Positions 1 through 16,291 are shown, counted from the first letter of the stretch. The stretch: 64,000 bases of DNA from Eledone cirrhosa (GCA_964016885.1 OZ024743.1:76384001-76448000), one strand, 5' to 3'. The notes: generated from the letters alone by a model not told the origin. Program-made: numbers and translations.

Positions 1-1211
<1,211 letters not shown>

Positions 1212-1500
1212 ACGTATATATATATTCTTGTAGATAGTGAAATGTCTGGGTGGGGGGGGGGGGGGGGGGGGTTAAGTGAAAGAAATTCTCAACAGCTGGT
1301 TATCCCAAGACATAAGACGATGGTCGCTCACTTTTGACAAATGTGTTTTAAACTCTCTTCTGATTGCACTGACTATACAACAAAACACTTTGTAGTCATT
1401 GGTTGTTGTTGTTGTTGTTGTTGTTGTATCTGTCCTGGCTGCTCTTGCTGTTCTTCTCTGGCGGCTTATTTTTATTTTAAATCAAGTGTTAGTACCAGCT

Positions 1501-3180
1501 AACACAACACACACAACACACACAACACAACACAACACACACAACACACACAACACAACACAACACACACAACACACACAACACACACAACACAATACAA
1601 CACAACACAACACACACAACACACACAACACAACACACTACACACAACACACACAACACACACAACACAACACGACACAGCACACACAACACATACAACA
1701 CACACAACACAACACAACACAACACAACACAACACAACACACACAACACATACAACACACACAATACATACGACACACACAACACAACACTCACAACACA
1801 GACAACACACACAACACACAACACACAATACACACAACACACACAACACAACACTCACAACACAGACAACACACACAACACACAACACACACAACACACA
1901 ACACACACAACACACACAACACACACAACACACACAACACACACAACACAACACACACAACACAACACTCACAACACAGACAACACACACAACACACAAC
2001 ACACAACACACAACACACACAACACAACACTCACAACACTCACAACACACACAACACAACACACACAACACAGACAACACACACAACACACACAACACAC
2101 ACAACACACACAACACATACAACACACATAACACACACAACATACACAACACACACACAACACACATAACACACACAACACATACAACACACACATCACA
2201 CAACACACACAACACACACAACACACACAACACACAACACACAACACACACAACACACACAACACACATAACACATACAACACACATAACATACACAACA
2301 TACACAACACATACAACACACAACACACACAACACACACAACACACACATCACACAACACACACGACACACACGACACACACACAACACACACAACACAC
2401 ACATCACACAACACACACAACACACAACACACACAACACACACAACAGACACAACACACACAACACACAAATCACACAACACACACAACACAACATATAC
2501 AACACAAACAACACACACAGCACACAACACATACAATACACACAACACACACAACACAACACACACAACACACACAACACACAAAACACATACAACACAT
2601 ACAACACACACAACACACACAACACACACATCACACACACCACACACAACACACACAACACATACAACACATACAACACACACAACACACGCAACACACA
2701 CAACACACACAACACACACACCACACACAACTCACACAACACATACAACACACACAACACACGCAACACACACAACACACACAACACATACAACACACAC
2801 AACACATACAACACACACAACACACACAACACACACAACACACATCGCACACAACACACACAACACACACAACACATACAACACAACACAACACACACAA
2901 CACATACAACACATACAACACACACGACACACACAACACACACGACACACACACCACACACACCACACACACAACACATACAACACATACAACACACACA
3001 ACACACACAATACACACAACACACACAACACACACAACACACAACACACACACGACACACACAACACACACACCACACACAACACACACAACACAACACA
3101 CACAACACACACACCACACACAACACACAAAACACACACAACACACAACATACACAACACACAACACACAAGAAACACAC
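1501..3180. repeat. Degenerate (CACACAA)n-type complex microsatellite, ~1.7 kb
   Basis: Mixture of ACACA, ACACACA and ACACACACA units; explains the THNT/CVVC ORFs. Confidence 0.95.
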
Positions 3181-3269
3181 AATGTGTATGACATGACAAT
3201 ACTTTTGAATTGTAGTTGCAGTTCATTCGGTGGGCTTCCGCACAGTCTCTGTCTATTTGATTTCATTAA

Positions 3270-3388
3270 GATCTGGTGTGTCAGCCCGTGGCTATGGTAA
3301 ATAACATTTCTTCAAGATAACATGCAGTGGGATTGAACCAGGGCCCTAATTATTTCCAAGTGAACTTATTAACCATTTGGCCATGTTG
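3270..3388 (-). mobile_element. Degenerate tRNA-derived SINE fragment (CORE-like family)
   Basis: Minus strand reads catggccaaatggttaa...ggttcaatcccactgc (A/B-box-like), then a ttatcttgaagaaatgttatt CORE-like stretch. Confidence 0.5.
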
Positions 3389-3460
3389 TGGCCACAAAGG
3401 ATTCAATATCAGAAAACTAATAGATGTGTACTTAAAAGACGAATAATATACATACGTGTC

Positions 3461-3779
3461 TATCCGGGTGTAGGGGCCTTATCCAGGACTTCTTGAAGCA
3501 ATTTGTCCAAATACTTCTTCAACTTGATGGGGTCTGTTTCTGCTTTGATGTGTTTTGGTGTAATGTTAAAGAGAGCAGGGCCAATTGAGGTGAAATTATT
3601 GTGCCGTATTGTTGTTATGAGATGCGAGTGAGATTTTTGTCGTGGCCGGATAGCACGGGGCCCAAGCCATGGGTGATGCCAACATCATTTGGCAAAGCTG
3701 ATATCATGCAGATAATGTAGCCCTCACGGCGACGTTGAAGAGAATAGAGGTTGAGCTTTTCTAATCGACTCCAATAGTC
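3461..3779 (-). mobile_element. CR1-clade LINE, ORF2 C-terminal fragment (decayed)
   Basis: Manual minus-strand translation [19 protein letters not shown]...GPALFNITPKHIK...KKYLDKLLQEV matches the typical post-RT tail of CR1 elements. Confidence 0.75.
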
Positions 3780-3831
3780 AAGTCCTGTCATGCCATCTAT
3801 CTTTTTTTAATACATACATACATACATACAT

Positions 3832-4214
<383 letters not shown>

Positions 4215-4215
4215 C

Positions 4216-4306
<91 letters not shown>

Positions 4307-4313
4307 TATATAC

Positions 4314-4376
<63 letters not shown>

Positions 4377-4379
<3 letters not shown>

Positions 4380-4518
4380 CGAAGGAAATGTGGTAAGGAA
4401 CCAGGTGGACCATAACGCACCAAAGTACTCAATACTTAGGGTAGTAGAGTGGGTAATAGGAACGAGTAGGACCCCGTCGAAACGGCTTGAGCTCAGCCGT
4501 CGGGGTCCTACTCGTTCC

Positions 4519-4520
<2 letters not shown>
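4377..4520 (-). mobile_element. Fold-back mini-element family A, copy 1 (Penelope pLTR-like, hammerhead 3' half)
   Basis: (TA)n on both sides; inverted arms ~4457-4476/4501-4520; contains GAAAC-GGCT-tgagctc-AGCC-GTC (hammerhead stem III + GUC); homologous copies at 13726, 15492 and 16337. Confidence 0.75.
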
Positions 4521-4597
<77 letters not shown>

Positions 4598-4661
4598 ATA
4601 TATCATATATTGAGTTAGGAACTCAAACTCAAAATAGTCTTTTACTATTAAATAGCTCAAG

Positions 4662-4701
4662 GAAGGGAATCTATCCGAGCCGGCTCGGATAGATTCCCTT
4701 C
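4662..4701. repeat. Perfect 40-bp palindrome inside a TA-flanked island
   Basis: gaagggaatctatccgagcc|ggctcggatagattcccttc. Confidence 0.9.
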
Positions 4702-4889
4702 TTTGTACGTCAATACTCATCTTTTTCCATTTCTCCGAGGGTTCTTAACCCCACTATCAGGCTAAATAATTTCTTTAGTCAAAATATGGCGATAGCTTAC
4801 ATTTCTAATAATTTCAAACCAACTCGCTGTTTCGAAAATATTCTTACTTCGTATATATATATATATATATATACTGTATATATATATAA

Positions 4890-5500
4890 TTTAATTTTGA
4901 TTAATTTTAATTGTATATTAATTTTGATTTATTTTGAAAAATTGGTTGAATTTTACTTGTTCTGCTTATCTTGATATTAAGTTCTGGTATATCAAATTAT
5001 TACCATAGAACCACCTTAAATCATAGACACACTATATATTTGCGGGGGTACATTGTACCCTCAGATATATATTAACCTTATTCAACATTCTCCAGTATGT
5101 AGAGAAAAATCCTGTCGTTCTATTTAGTTGCTAAAAATCTTTTTTGGTAGCGATCATAGACGGCTAGTCTACGATTTCCCGCCTTCACTATACACCAATG
5201 TATTTACGGGTCACTTTCACGACCTTTCAGACCTGTATTAGTTGGAGTGAGGTCATATATTTTGTCGTTCCTGGGGTTTTTAACCCTAGGACAGGAAAAT
5301 GCTTCTCTGATGATCGTTGATTTTCCATTAATATCCACGTGATATCTAATGTTTTGCATCGTGAAACTGTACAGTTAGGGCCATTTGAATAGGGAAATAT
5401 TTATATTATATTTTTTAATTTGGATTAATTTTGATTGTATATTAATTTTGATTTATTTTGAAAAATTGGTTGAATTTTACTTGTTCTGCTTATCTTGATA
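4890..5500 (+). mobile_element. Hammerhead-bearing element with ~87-bp terminal direct repeats (retrozyme-like or partial tandem pLTR)
   Basis: 4890-4976 is repeated at 5414-5500 (offset 524 bp); (TA)n on both sides; hammerhead motif just upstream of the second repeat. Confidence 0.7.
5303..5380 (+). ncRNA. Type I hammerhead ribozyme motif
   Basis: ttct-CTGATGA(5307-13)-long imperfect stem II (tcgttg...catcgt)-GAAA(5363-66)-ctgtacag palindrome-TT-aggg. Confidence 0.65.
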
Positions 5501-5517
5501 TATATATATATATATAT

Positions 5518-6284
5518 ACTGCGTTTCATACCTTTTTTTTTTATAAGAAAATGATGATTGATTTTAAATCAGTAATATAATTTATGGAGAAAAACTCTGC
5601 ATTTCAATATTACTCAATGTAAAATGTAATGCATGAAAAATTGGAAAATATTATTTTTTGTAATATATCAAATCAAAATTACATTATTAAATCTTATTCT
5701 TATTTTGTTTCTTGAAAATAATTTTTTTTTTAAATATCAATTGAAAACTTTTGTGAATAGGCATCATATCTTGTCATTTACCTATGGTTTAAGTTTCATA
5801 TAAATCGAAGGGGAAAGAATTTCAGCGGGAATCCCTTGATTAAAATGAAATATACTTATCCAAGTACCCTGGTCAATGTAATTTCAGAACATATAGGGTT
5901 ATGGGGGTCTATCTCCAAAACCATAGTAGGAGTTCGTGAAATCTTGTTCCATTTATTTGCCAAAATTTTCACTATAGGGGGTTTAACCCCCATTAGGGTA
6001 TCTTAATATTATTTGAAATTTGCTGAAATTTTGTGAATACGCATCATATCTTGTCATTTAACTATGGTTTAAATGTCATATAAATCAAAGGGAAAATATT
6101 TCAGCGGGGGTTTGTGCCCCCCCCCCCCCCCCCGGGAACCCTTTGATTAAAATGAAATATACTTATCCAAGTACTCTAGGCAATGTAGTTTCAGAATATA
6201 TATGGTTATGGGGTCTATCTCCAAAACCATAGGAGAAGTTCGTGAACAAACAAACAGACAGGAATACAACTTTATATATATAGA
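5518..6284 (-). mobile_element. Non-autonomous Helitron-like element, 3' end lost, internal ~200-bp duplication
   Basis: Reverse complement of 9465-9927; 5' TC-TATATATATAAAG followed by (GTTT)n; ~5750-5945 is duplicated at ~6030-6246. Confidence 0.7.
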
Positions 6285-6293
6285 TATATAGAT

Positions 6294-6360
<67 letters not shown>

Positions 6361-6600
6361 TGTTTCTTTTATTTGCAACCAGGGCATCAAATGTGGGACA
6401 AGTACAATGGGGGGAGTTTACAAAACAAGGCGTCCTCAATAAGGAGGAGGCAATAACAAAATATAAAAATAAAATAAAATATAACAGAATAAAATATATA
6501 ACAAAATCCTCAATAGAGAGGAGGCGCCTTGGGGGGTCGCACACACCCCCGAAAAAAGTGTGCAACCCTTTTCCTCAGGAGCACAGAGAAGGGGTGCTCC

Positions 6601-6658
<58 letters not shown>

Positions 6659-6790
6659 ATAGATAGATGGATATATTCATTTATATTAAGGTTAAAATAT
6701 GAGTCTTGATCCTCTGGAGTTTCGCCTGTTTATCACACACACACACACAATCATATATATATATGTATGTGTGTGTGTGAGAGAGAGAAA

Positions 6791-6830
<40 letters not shown>

Positions 6831-6945
6831 GTATTGATTGTAGATACAGGTACAGACAATTTGAGGGAATGACAAATTAGATGGTACTTTGTTTTATCAA
6901 CCCTGGGAGGATAAAAGTTGAACTTTGTGGGATTTGAACTCAGAA

Positions 6946-7275
6946 TGTTAAAAACCATAACAAGGCTATTCTATTAAGGGGACCTACCCAGTCTACTAGA
7001 TGGTAACAACCAAAACAAGGCTGTTCTATTAAGGGGACCTACCCATTCTACCAGAATGTTAACAACCAAAACAAGGCTGTTCTATTAAGGGGACCTACCC
7101 ATTCTACCAAACGTCAACAACCAAAAAAAGGCTGTTCTATTAAGGGGACCTACCCATTCTATCAAATGTTAACAACCAAAACAAGGCTGATCTATTAAGG
7201 AGACCTACCCATTCTACCAAATGTTAACAACCAAAACAAGGCTATTCTATCAAGGGGACCTACCAATTCTACCAG
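6946..7275. repeat. 55-bp minisatellite, ~6 copies
   Basis: Unit aacaaccaaaacaaggctgttctattaaggggacctacccattctaccaaatgtt; anchor (c/a)aagg at 6961, 7016, 7072, 7127, 7182, 7237. Confidence 0.93.
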
Positions 7276-8139
7276 ACCACTAAACTTGTGAGAGGAAATA
7301 TATTTGAAATAAGACATCACAGTGTTTTCCATACTGCCGTAGTTTTATCTTCAGTATCAGCAATTCTATTCTTCCTTAAAGTATCAAGTATTTTTCTAAC
7401 ACATCTACTTCCTATGGAACTGGAATCTGTTGGCTTTTCAGATTCAGTTTAATGAAAGAACTCTGAAATTTCTTCTGAGTGTGAATCCAATTCTTTCAAC
7501 AAAGTTACTTAAACGAAAATAGTTACTTTTCTGGAAGTTAAAAAAAATTAGTTGGTTCTTATTATGTTGTTATAGTTGTTATAACGAATATTATACATCC
7601 TGGGGAGTGGGTGGGGATGGGGGAATGGTGCGCGCAGGGGTGTGGGGGAGAGAAAGAGGGCGTGGTGGGGGGGGGGGGGGGGTGAGAGAAAGAGAACGGC
7701 GGAGGGATAGAAAGAGAACGGAGGAGGGTGAGAAAGAGAGCGGCTGAGGGAGAAAGAGAGCGTGGTGGCGGAGAAAGAGAACGGGGGAGAGAGAGAAAGA
7801 GGTATCATGGAAACGAAGGAGATACTGAAAGAAATGCAGAAAGAACGAAAAAAAAGGGGCCACTAATGAAAGAAAGCGAGATAAAGAAAGGAAAATAAAG
7901 TCAAATATATGTTTAAATAAATAAAAAGGTGGCATATATATATACACACAGATATATATACATATATATATATAAATATATACATACACATATAAATATG
8001 TATATATATATATATACATATATATACATACACATATAAATATGTATATATGTATACATAAATATATATACACACACATTCACACATATATATACATATA
8101 TATATATATACACATGCACGCACACACATACACACACAC

Positions 8140-8173
<34 letters not shown>

Positions 8174-9336
8174 ATGTTTGTGTGTGTATGCATATTTACG
8201 TATATAGACACTTGTATATATATATATAATACCAAAATATTTAGAAATACACATCCATCATATATACACCAGACACATACATACACACACACATACACAC
8301 ACACGCATACGCACATACATACACACACACATACACACACACGCATACGCACATACATACACACACACACACACATATACACACGCACACGCGCACACAC
8401 ACACACACACACACATACACACAATTATTCCGCCAGGAAAAAAAAACTAAATAAGAGTTAGAGAACAGACGCAATGAGTTTAAAAGTAGTTGTATGTCGA
8501 TATTACTTCCTTTAGGATGTCGCTAACGATCGGTAAAGCAACACCCAATTAGAAACATATATATTTGTAGATACCATGATTCTCCGTTGCCCCTAACCTC
8601 CTCCATAGGTACAGGAGAACAACTAGAGCCGTTATTTGAATTAAACTACGTTATATACTCTATGTAACTAGCCTCTACTGATAACTATGAACGTAACACC
8701 TTCTGAAAACAGTAGTCGTGGCCTAACACTAACAGACGTGTAAATAATCCGGTTTGATCTAGTTTGCCAGCCGTCCTCGATCCTTAATTACGATGTATAA
8801 CGAAACAAAACACTGGAAATGAGGTAGCTGAAACAATCTTGATTCGGTTACGTCAACTTGTTTGTATCACATTTAGTGTTGTAGATAAGGAAAGAATTTG
8901 TCGGATCCACCGTCTATACATCCTAGCTGCAGCTACTGTGTTTGGCTTCATTACCAGCATTTGGCGGTACCGTTTCTCACTTGTCAAGTCAACAACCACT
9001 TGGCCCTGATACTATTGTCTGGCCGAGATTTTCTTTTTTTTTTTTCTTTTTTTCTTTTTTTGAAACAGAAAACCTGCAGCGATTGAGTGTATTAGATTGC
9101 GGCAAGCGGATCACGTTGCCTAATCTGTCCCTGATGACCGTTTTCAGAAACGTCTGACCTACATGTGTTTGATGAGCGAAACTAGAAAAGAGAATCACCA
9201 GAGTAAGGAGAGTGAGAGTGAGAAGAGAGTGTCGGGAAGATATAGGAAGCACTAATATGTATTTTCTGTTGTTAATGTTGTTGTTATTGTTGTTGTTATT
9301 GTTCTTATTGCTGTCGATGTTGTTAATATTATATAT

Positions 9337-9446
9337 ATTCAAATCCCGTCGAGGTTAACTTTGCCTTTCATTCTTACGGGGTCGATAAAATAAAGTACCA
9401 GTAATGTACTGAGTAATTGCTGGCCTTGTGCCAAAAGTAGAAACAA
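9337..9446 (+). mobile_element. tRNA-derived SINE family 1, 5'-truncated
   Basis: ttcaaatcccgtcgaggttaactttgcctttcattcttacggggtcgataaaataaagtaccag... shared with copies at 23.1, 24.7, 24.9, 29.0 and 29.2 kb. Confidence 0.85.
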
Positions 9447-9464
9447 TTATATATATATATATAT

Positions 9465-9950
9465 TTATATATATGAAGTTGTAGTCCTGCATGTTTGTTT
9501 GATTGTTCACGAACTCCTCCTATGGTTTTTGGAGATAGACCCCCATAACCCTATATGTTCTGAAACTACATTTCCCAGGGTACTTGGATAAGTATATTTC
9601 ATTTTAATCAAGGGATTCCCGCTGAAATTTTTTCCCCTTCGATTTATATGAAATTTAAACCATAGGTAAATGACAAGATATGATGCCTATTCACAAAAGT
9701 TTTGAATTGATATTTTGGAAAAATTATTTACAAGAAACAAAATAAGAATAAGATTTAATAATGTCATTTTGATTTGATATATTGCAAAAAATAATGTTTT
9801 CCAATTTTTCATGCATTACATTTTACATTGAGTAATATTAAAATGCAGAGTTTTTCTCCATAAATTATATTACTGATTTAAAATCAATCATCATTTTCTT
9901 ACAAAAAAAAAATGTGTGAAACGCAGCAAGGCGCGGGTAATTCGGCTAGT
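9465..9950 (+). mobile_element. Non-autonomous Helitron-like element
   Basis: Starts tatatatatgaagttg + (gttt)n; ends with GC-rich hairpin cgcagcaaggcgcggg followed by CTAG(T) at 9946-9950. Confidence 0.75.
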
Positions 9951-9960
9951 ATATATATAT

Positions 9961-10075
9961 TGTGAAGCCACGTGTCATTAGAGAATTTAAATCACAACCT
10001 CAAGATTGTTCGAATCACGGAGCGGGTAATTCGTTATGTCTTTGAACAAGACACTTTATTTCACGCTGCTCCTTC
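9961..10075 (+). mobile_element. tRNA-derived SINE family 2 (CORE-like), partial
   Basis: gttcgaatc B-box, then tctttgaacaagacactttatttcacgctgctcc; homologous to 16557, 17730, 26720 and 33030. Confidence 0.7.
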
Positions 10076-10099
10076 TAGTTAACGGGACTAGCATAAGGT

Positions 10100-10219
<120 letters not shown>

Positions 10220-10238
10220 GTATATATATATATATGTA

Positions 10239-10335
<97 letters not shown>

Positions 10336-10434
10336 TGCAAACTCTGCAAGAGTATTGCAATTGGTTGTCAGATTACAGAGTTCGGTGCACTTTTAGGCTA
10401 CAGCCAGCCATGCAAACCTGTAACATATCCTGAA

Positions 10435-10642
10435 CAAGCAATGCCTATGATTTGAAGGTTTTTTTAAGTGGGGAAAGGCCTTGTACTTGACCAATCCCAC
10501 TCTCTGAGCATCAAAAACACTGCCCGAAAAGGAGAACTGGTCAACAACACCGGATGCTTCCGAAACCACAGGCTTTTTTCCAGAGTTTCCCTCTCCTAGA
10601 AAGGTGGTGTGACACAACTGGGGGGTCTTTCACTACCAGTTA
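10435..10642. mobile_element. Old interspersed repeat, 3 divergent copies (also ~18323-18430 and ~19433-19658), possibly RTE 5'UTR-derived
   Basis: Shared motifs gcaatgcct...aagtg.ggaaagg...ccaatcccactctct...aaaag.agaa...tcaaca; the RTE assignment rests only on a recalled ctaggagaagg.aactc motif on the minus strand. Confidence 0.5.
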
Positions 10643-10727
10643 AAAAAAAACTATATATATATATATATATAAAATAAGTAAGTCAAATATATAAAATTTG
10701 GCTTCATATATATATATATATATATAT

Positions 10728-11078
10728 ATATCACAGAAAAAAGAGAATCAGTGTTGCGACGGGAGGAATTTATTGGACATATTACAATTGTTTCTCGGGC
10801 GACCAGCTCGAGGCACGATCTATGTGGTGATCAAACCTGACTCTGAAATCGTAGAATCGAGACGTATCCGAGGGCCGCGCGATTTCAGAGTCAGGTTTGA
10901 TCACCACATCAATCGTACCTCGAGCTGGTCGTCCGAGAAACAATTGTAATATGTCCAATAAATTCCTCCCGTCGCAACACTGATTCTCTTTTTTCTGTGA
11001 TATCATACTCTGCTCTATGAGGGCATCGAGTGCTCATACGGCCTACCGCATACGGACGCTTAAGCATCCAACAACAAT
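10728..11078 (+). mobile_element. Fold-back mini-element (124-bp inverted arms, 28-bp spacer, ~75-bp tail)
   Basis: 10728-10851 is inverted at 10880-11003; (TA)n flanks; GAAA-caattg-TA (hammerhead 3' half) at 10937-10948, then AATAAA at 10957. Confidence 0.85.
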
Positions 11079-11916
11079 TATATATATATATAAATGGAAA
11101 AAATCAAACGAAATTTCATTTCTCACTCACTCTTAGTACGGCTGTTACTTAAATATAAGTATGTATACGTACATACATATATGTATACAGACGTACAGTA
11201 GTATGTATATATATACATACATGCACACATATATATATGTACGTATTGATTTACCGAACATTTATTATGATGCTCGGTTTGTTTGTAAACAAACATCCCG
11301 AATTAAGCCGTACAGTGTCTAGCAACCATCGTTGCTCATTTGTTCAACACTGACAAAGGAAAGCTGTACTAGTTTCAAGCTTATTAGCTATCGTCAGCAA
11401 CGTAGTTTAAGCCAAGTTACCTGCCTCTTGAGAAACACAACAAGCACTTAAATACCTTCAAATATCCTGTTGGCCCCTATTAGCTTTAATCCCACTATCT
11501 ACATCACATATACAATATGATGTTTAGTTTTTCACAACAGAACCGCTAACACTTTGCCATATTCACATGCAAAATCAGGAATATATTCCTATTTGTATTG
11601 CTAAGCTAAGGTCAATCATATCAACTTCATTTTATGTGACTTTCGACGTCTCGTCAATATTCAATATTCTTATGTTCAAATGAATCATTGACTTGATTTT
11701 CTCATTTATTCCTCTCTTTACGTTGCCTCATCATTCGTGTTTCTTTACCTGTCTCTCCTTCTCCACCCAATTCTTTTTACCCCAACAACTTATTTTAGTT
11801 ATTGTCCGCGCTAGCCTGAGGTATCTGGTCTTTAATGCGAAGAAATACCTATGATGGCTAGTAGACCACTGATGATGGATAGTCCTGGCTTTTATTTCTA
11901 ATTCTTCATTTTAATT

Positions 11917-12002
<86 letters not shown>

Positions 12003-12009
<7 letters not shown>

Positions 12010-12604
12010 ATACTTTGGGAGGGTCATGTTGCCAATAAGAAACACACGCACTAGTTGCTTTCACTTCAATTTATTATAATAAATTTATAAATTTAGGAAT
12101 TTATAAATTTCCGGTTGGTTGGTTGGTTCCACAACCAGATGATTGTTTATGAATGGAACAGCAACATCACAACTTACAATTAAGGACAAATGAAAACACA
12201 CACGCATATAGAACAAACAACCGACCAGTAACATGTAAATAAACAAATAAATAAACAAATATAAACACACACAGACACCCAGATGTAACACATGCGCAAA
12301 CTAAGCACACAACACACACAAAAACAAGATGGCGTAGGACAGAACAAATGAGAGGCACAAAAACAAAGAAAAGAATCCCCAGTCACTGAAGAGGTCACAT
12401 AATGTGTGACGAAAGAACTTTGACAATATATAAACAATCATCTGGTTGTGGAACCGACCAACCAACCGGAAATTTATAAATTCCTAAATTTATAAATTTA
12501 TTATAATAAATTGAACTGAAACAACTGGTACGTGTGTTTCTTATTGGCAACATGACCCTCCCAAAGTATAACAATATCGGTTTCAACATACGTTCTCAGA
12601 AACG

Positions 12605-12607
<3 letters not shown>
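12003..12607 (+). mobile_element. 5'-truncated Penelope retrocopy: inverted partial pLTR + pLTR + tail
   Basis: 12151-12576 is a close copy of the 3' end of the element at 30876-31299 (it starts in the last GIY-YIG codons EWNSNITTYN*); 12003-12150 is its inverted terminal part; 30-nt tail at 12578-12607; (TA)n flanks. Confidence 0.9.
12382..12424 (+). ncRNA. Minimal type I hammerhead motif in Penelope pLTR
   Basis: gtca-CTGAAGA-g-gtcaca(taatg)tgtgac-GAAA-gaac-TT-tgac; one extra purine after the core. Confidence 0.75.
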
Positions 12608-12644
<37 letters not shown>

Positions 12645-12732
12645 TAGCGTTTCACAATTTTCTAGGATTTCATATAAATTTCAACACACATATAGTATAA
12701 AGTTTCATACACCCAACACACACACACACACA

Positions 12733-12771
<39 letters not shown>

Positions 12772-12850
12772 CATCATTCGGTCCGGATGCCGAACTAACA
12801 ATCTTACGATGGTTAATCCACCTCGCTAACGTTTAAGCCAGACGCCTCTA

Positions 12851-12934
<84 letters not shown>

Positions 12935-12948
12935 CACACACACACACA

Positions 12949-12998
<50 letters not shown>

Positions 12999-13391
12999 AC
13001 ACTTTCTCTCGACTGGCCTCTTCCTCGCACTTCCACTCACTCACTCTCTTCTTCTCCCCTTCTCATTTTCTCCCGTTTAGCCTGAAGTGGGGTCCTTTCT
13101 TGATCACACCTCACTCGCGTCGCACGGTCTGTTGTCTCTCGCTCATGAAATCTTCACAGCTTAAGCTTATAGGACTCCCATGCGCTTGTTTTTTCCTATC
13201 TTTGCGTTGCTATCCTTCTATGTTTGTTTACTTGTCTCGCTCGCTTTACGCGATTTACTTGTCCCAATAGCTTTATTTAACTATTGCTCGCACCAAATGA
13301 TGAAATACCAATGAAGGTTGGAAAATCACTGATGAAGGACTATTTTTATCATATGTAACCCATGTGCAACCACGCAGTATTCATTCTTCTC

Positions 13392-13462
<71 letters not shown>

Positions 13463-13500
13463 GTATATATATATGTATATATATGTATATATATATATGT

Positions 13501-13597
<97 letters not shown>

Positions 13598-13608
13598 CAT
13601 ATATATAC

Positions 13609-13646
<38 letters not shown>

Positions 13647-13725
13647 ATATTGTTATATATATATTTAGTACAGCATCATCGAAGCTCTGGTTGCAGCCAA
13701 GCTAATAATGCATTATATATATATA

Positions 13726-13941
13726 TAACGAAGGAGTTGTGGTAAGGAACCAGATGGACCATACCGCACCAGAGTACTCAATACTTAGGGTAGTAGAGTG
13801 GGTAATAGGAAAAAGTATGACCCCGACGGCAGAGCTCAAGCCGTTTCGACGGCTATTTCTGGACTGTTTCGACGTTATTTCAGTCCAGAAATAGCCGTCG
13901 TAACGGCTTGAGCTCTACTGTCGGGATCATACTTTTTCCTA
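13726..13941 (-). mobile_element. Fold-back mini-element family A, copy 2
   Basis: Same termini as the 4377 copy; longer inverted arms (~13806-13866/13881-13941). Confidence 0.8.
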
Positions 13942-13964
13942 TATATATATATATATATATATAT

Positions 13965-14730
<766 letters not shown>

Positions 14731-14798
14731 ATATATATTTATATATATATAGAAGTACCTTACTTACTGTTGTTACCCCGATTGAACCCGGGATAAAC

Positions 14799-14885
<87 letters not shown>

Positions 14886-15290
14886 TGTGTATACAAAGAG
14901 AGAGTGAGATGTAACCATAAAAATTATGATCTAGATTGGACTGCCTAGACGTGTGTTTCGGTGGTGGTGGTGGTGGTGATAATAGTTGTGATAGTTATGG
15001 TAGTGATGCTATGGGGGTTATTTGCTAGAGATGGTGGTGGAAGTGAGATTAGTAATGTTGTTTGTCACTGAGCCACAAGTTGACAGTTTTACTTTACACT
15101 ATCACATTTTGACAGGGGTGCCCTCTTACAGCATTGCGTGCCAACACATCCCACCCACCCCACTTACTCATCTTTTGCCCCCAAGCACACACCATCTTCC
15201 TGACCACCAACAAACATCTGGTAGATATGACAGCCAAATCCCCCTCAAATTACACCCTACATTATATAATTACATTATATATATATATTT

Positions 15291-15457
15291 ATTTGAAAAA
15301 AAAGAAAAAGAATGACTTCACTTGTAGTTCTAAATAATTTGATTTAATTTTATGATATCATAAAATTAAATCAAATTATTTAGAACTACAAGTGAAGTCA
15401 TTCTTTTTCTTTTTTTCAAATATACCTAACTGAACCAAGGATCTCACACGTTTTCAA

Positions 15458-15458
<1 letters not shown>
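15291..15458 (+). mobile_element. Fold-back mini-element: ~130-bp palindrome + ~35-bp tail, no hammerhead retained
   Basis: Palindrome centred on tgat|atca at 15356/15357; tail cctaactgaaccaaggatctcacacgttttcaaa; TA-rich flanks. Confidence 0.8.
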
Positions 15459-15776
<318 letters not shown>

Positions 15777-15844
15777 AAAGTTATATTTAAATGGTTTTAT
15801 AAATATAGTTTCCATTTATTTAATATCATATATATATATATATA

Positions 15845-16291
15845 TATTTAAAGGTTAAACAAGGTTCAATGAATAAATCAAAGAATAAAGTTTTATAATA
15901 GATTAGAAGCACTCCACAGTATTGGTTTTCCGGAGATATTAATATTAATTCAAAATATTAACAAAAATAGACATTCGTGTGATCAAGTATATTTTATTAT
16001 ACATATTTCAGAGGTACTGAGCTATCTTCAACAGTACGTCTTTTTATTTTATCTGATACTGAACTATCTTCAACAGTACGTATTTTATTTTATCTGATGA
16101 GGACGTACTGTTGAAGATAGCTCAGTACCTCTGAAATATGTATAATAAAATATACTTGATCTCACGAATGTCTATTTTTGTTAATATTTTGAATTAATAT
16201 TAATATCTCCGGAAAACCAATACTGTGGAGTGCTTCTAATCTATTGTAAAACTTTATTCTTTGATTTATTCATTGAACCTTGTTTAACCTT

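Noticed and set aside
9030-9157. Poly-T tract + CAG followed by NLQRLSVLDC... as a possible terminal exon
   Set aside because: Too short, no partner exons and no recognisable family; the poly-T may be a retro-tail.
9128-9158. CTGATGA-ccgttttca-GAAA-cg-TC hammerhead-like string
   Set aside because: Neither stem I nor stem II can pair; treated as a chance or fully decayed match.
11866-13350. Isolated CTGATGA/CTGAAG half-motifs at ~11869, ~13082 and ~13329
   Set aside because: No properly placed GAAA or stem pairing found; they may be decayed pLTRs but cannot be supported.
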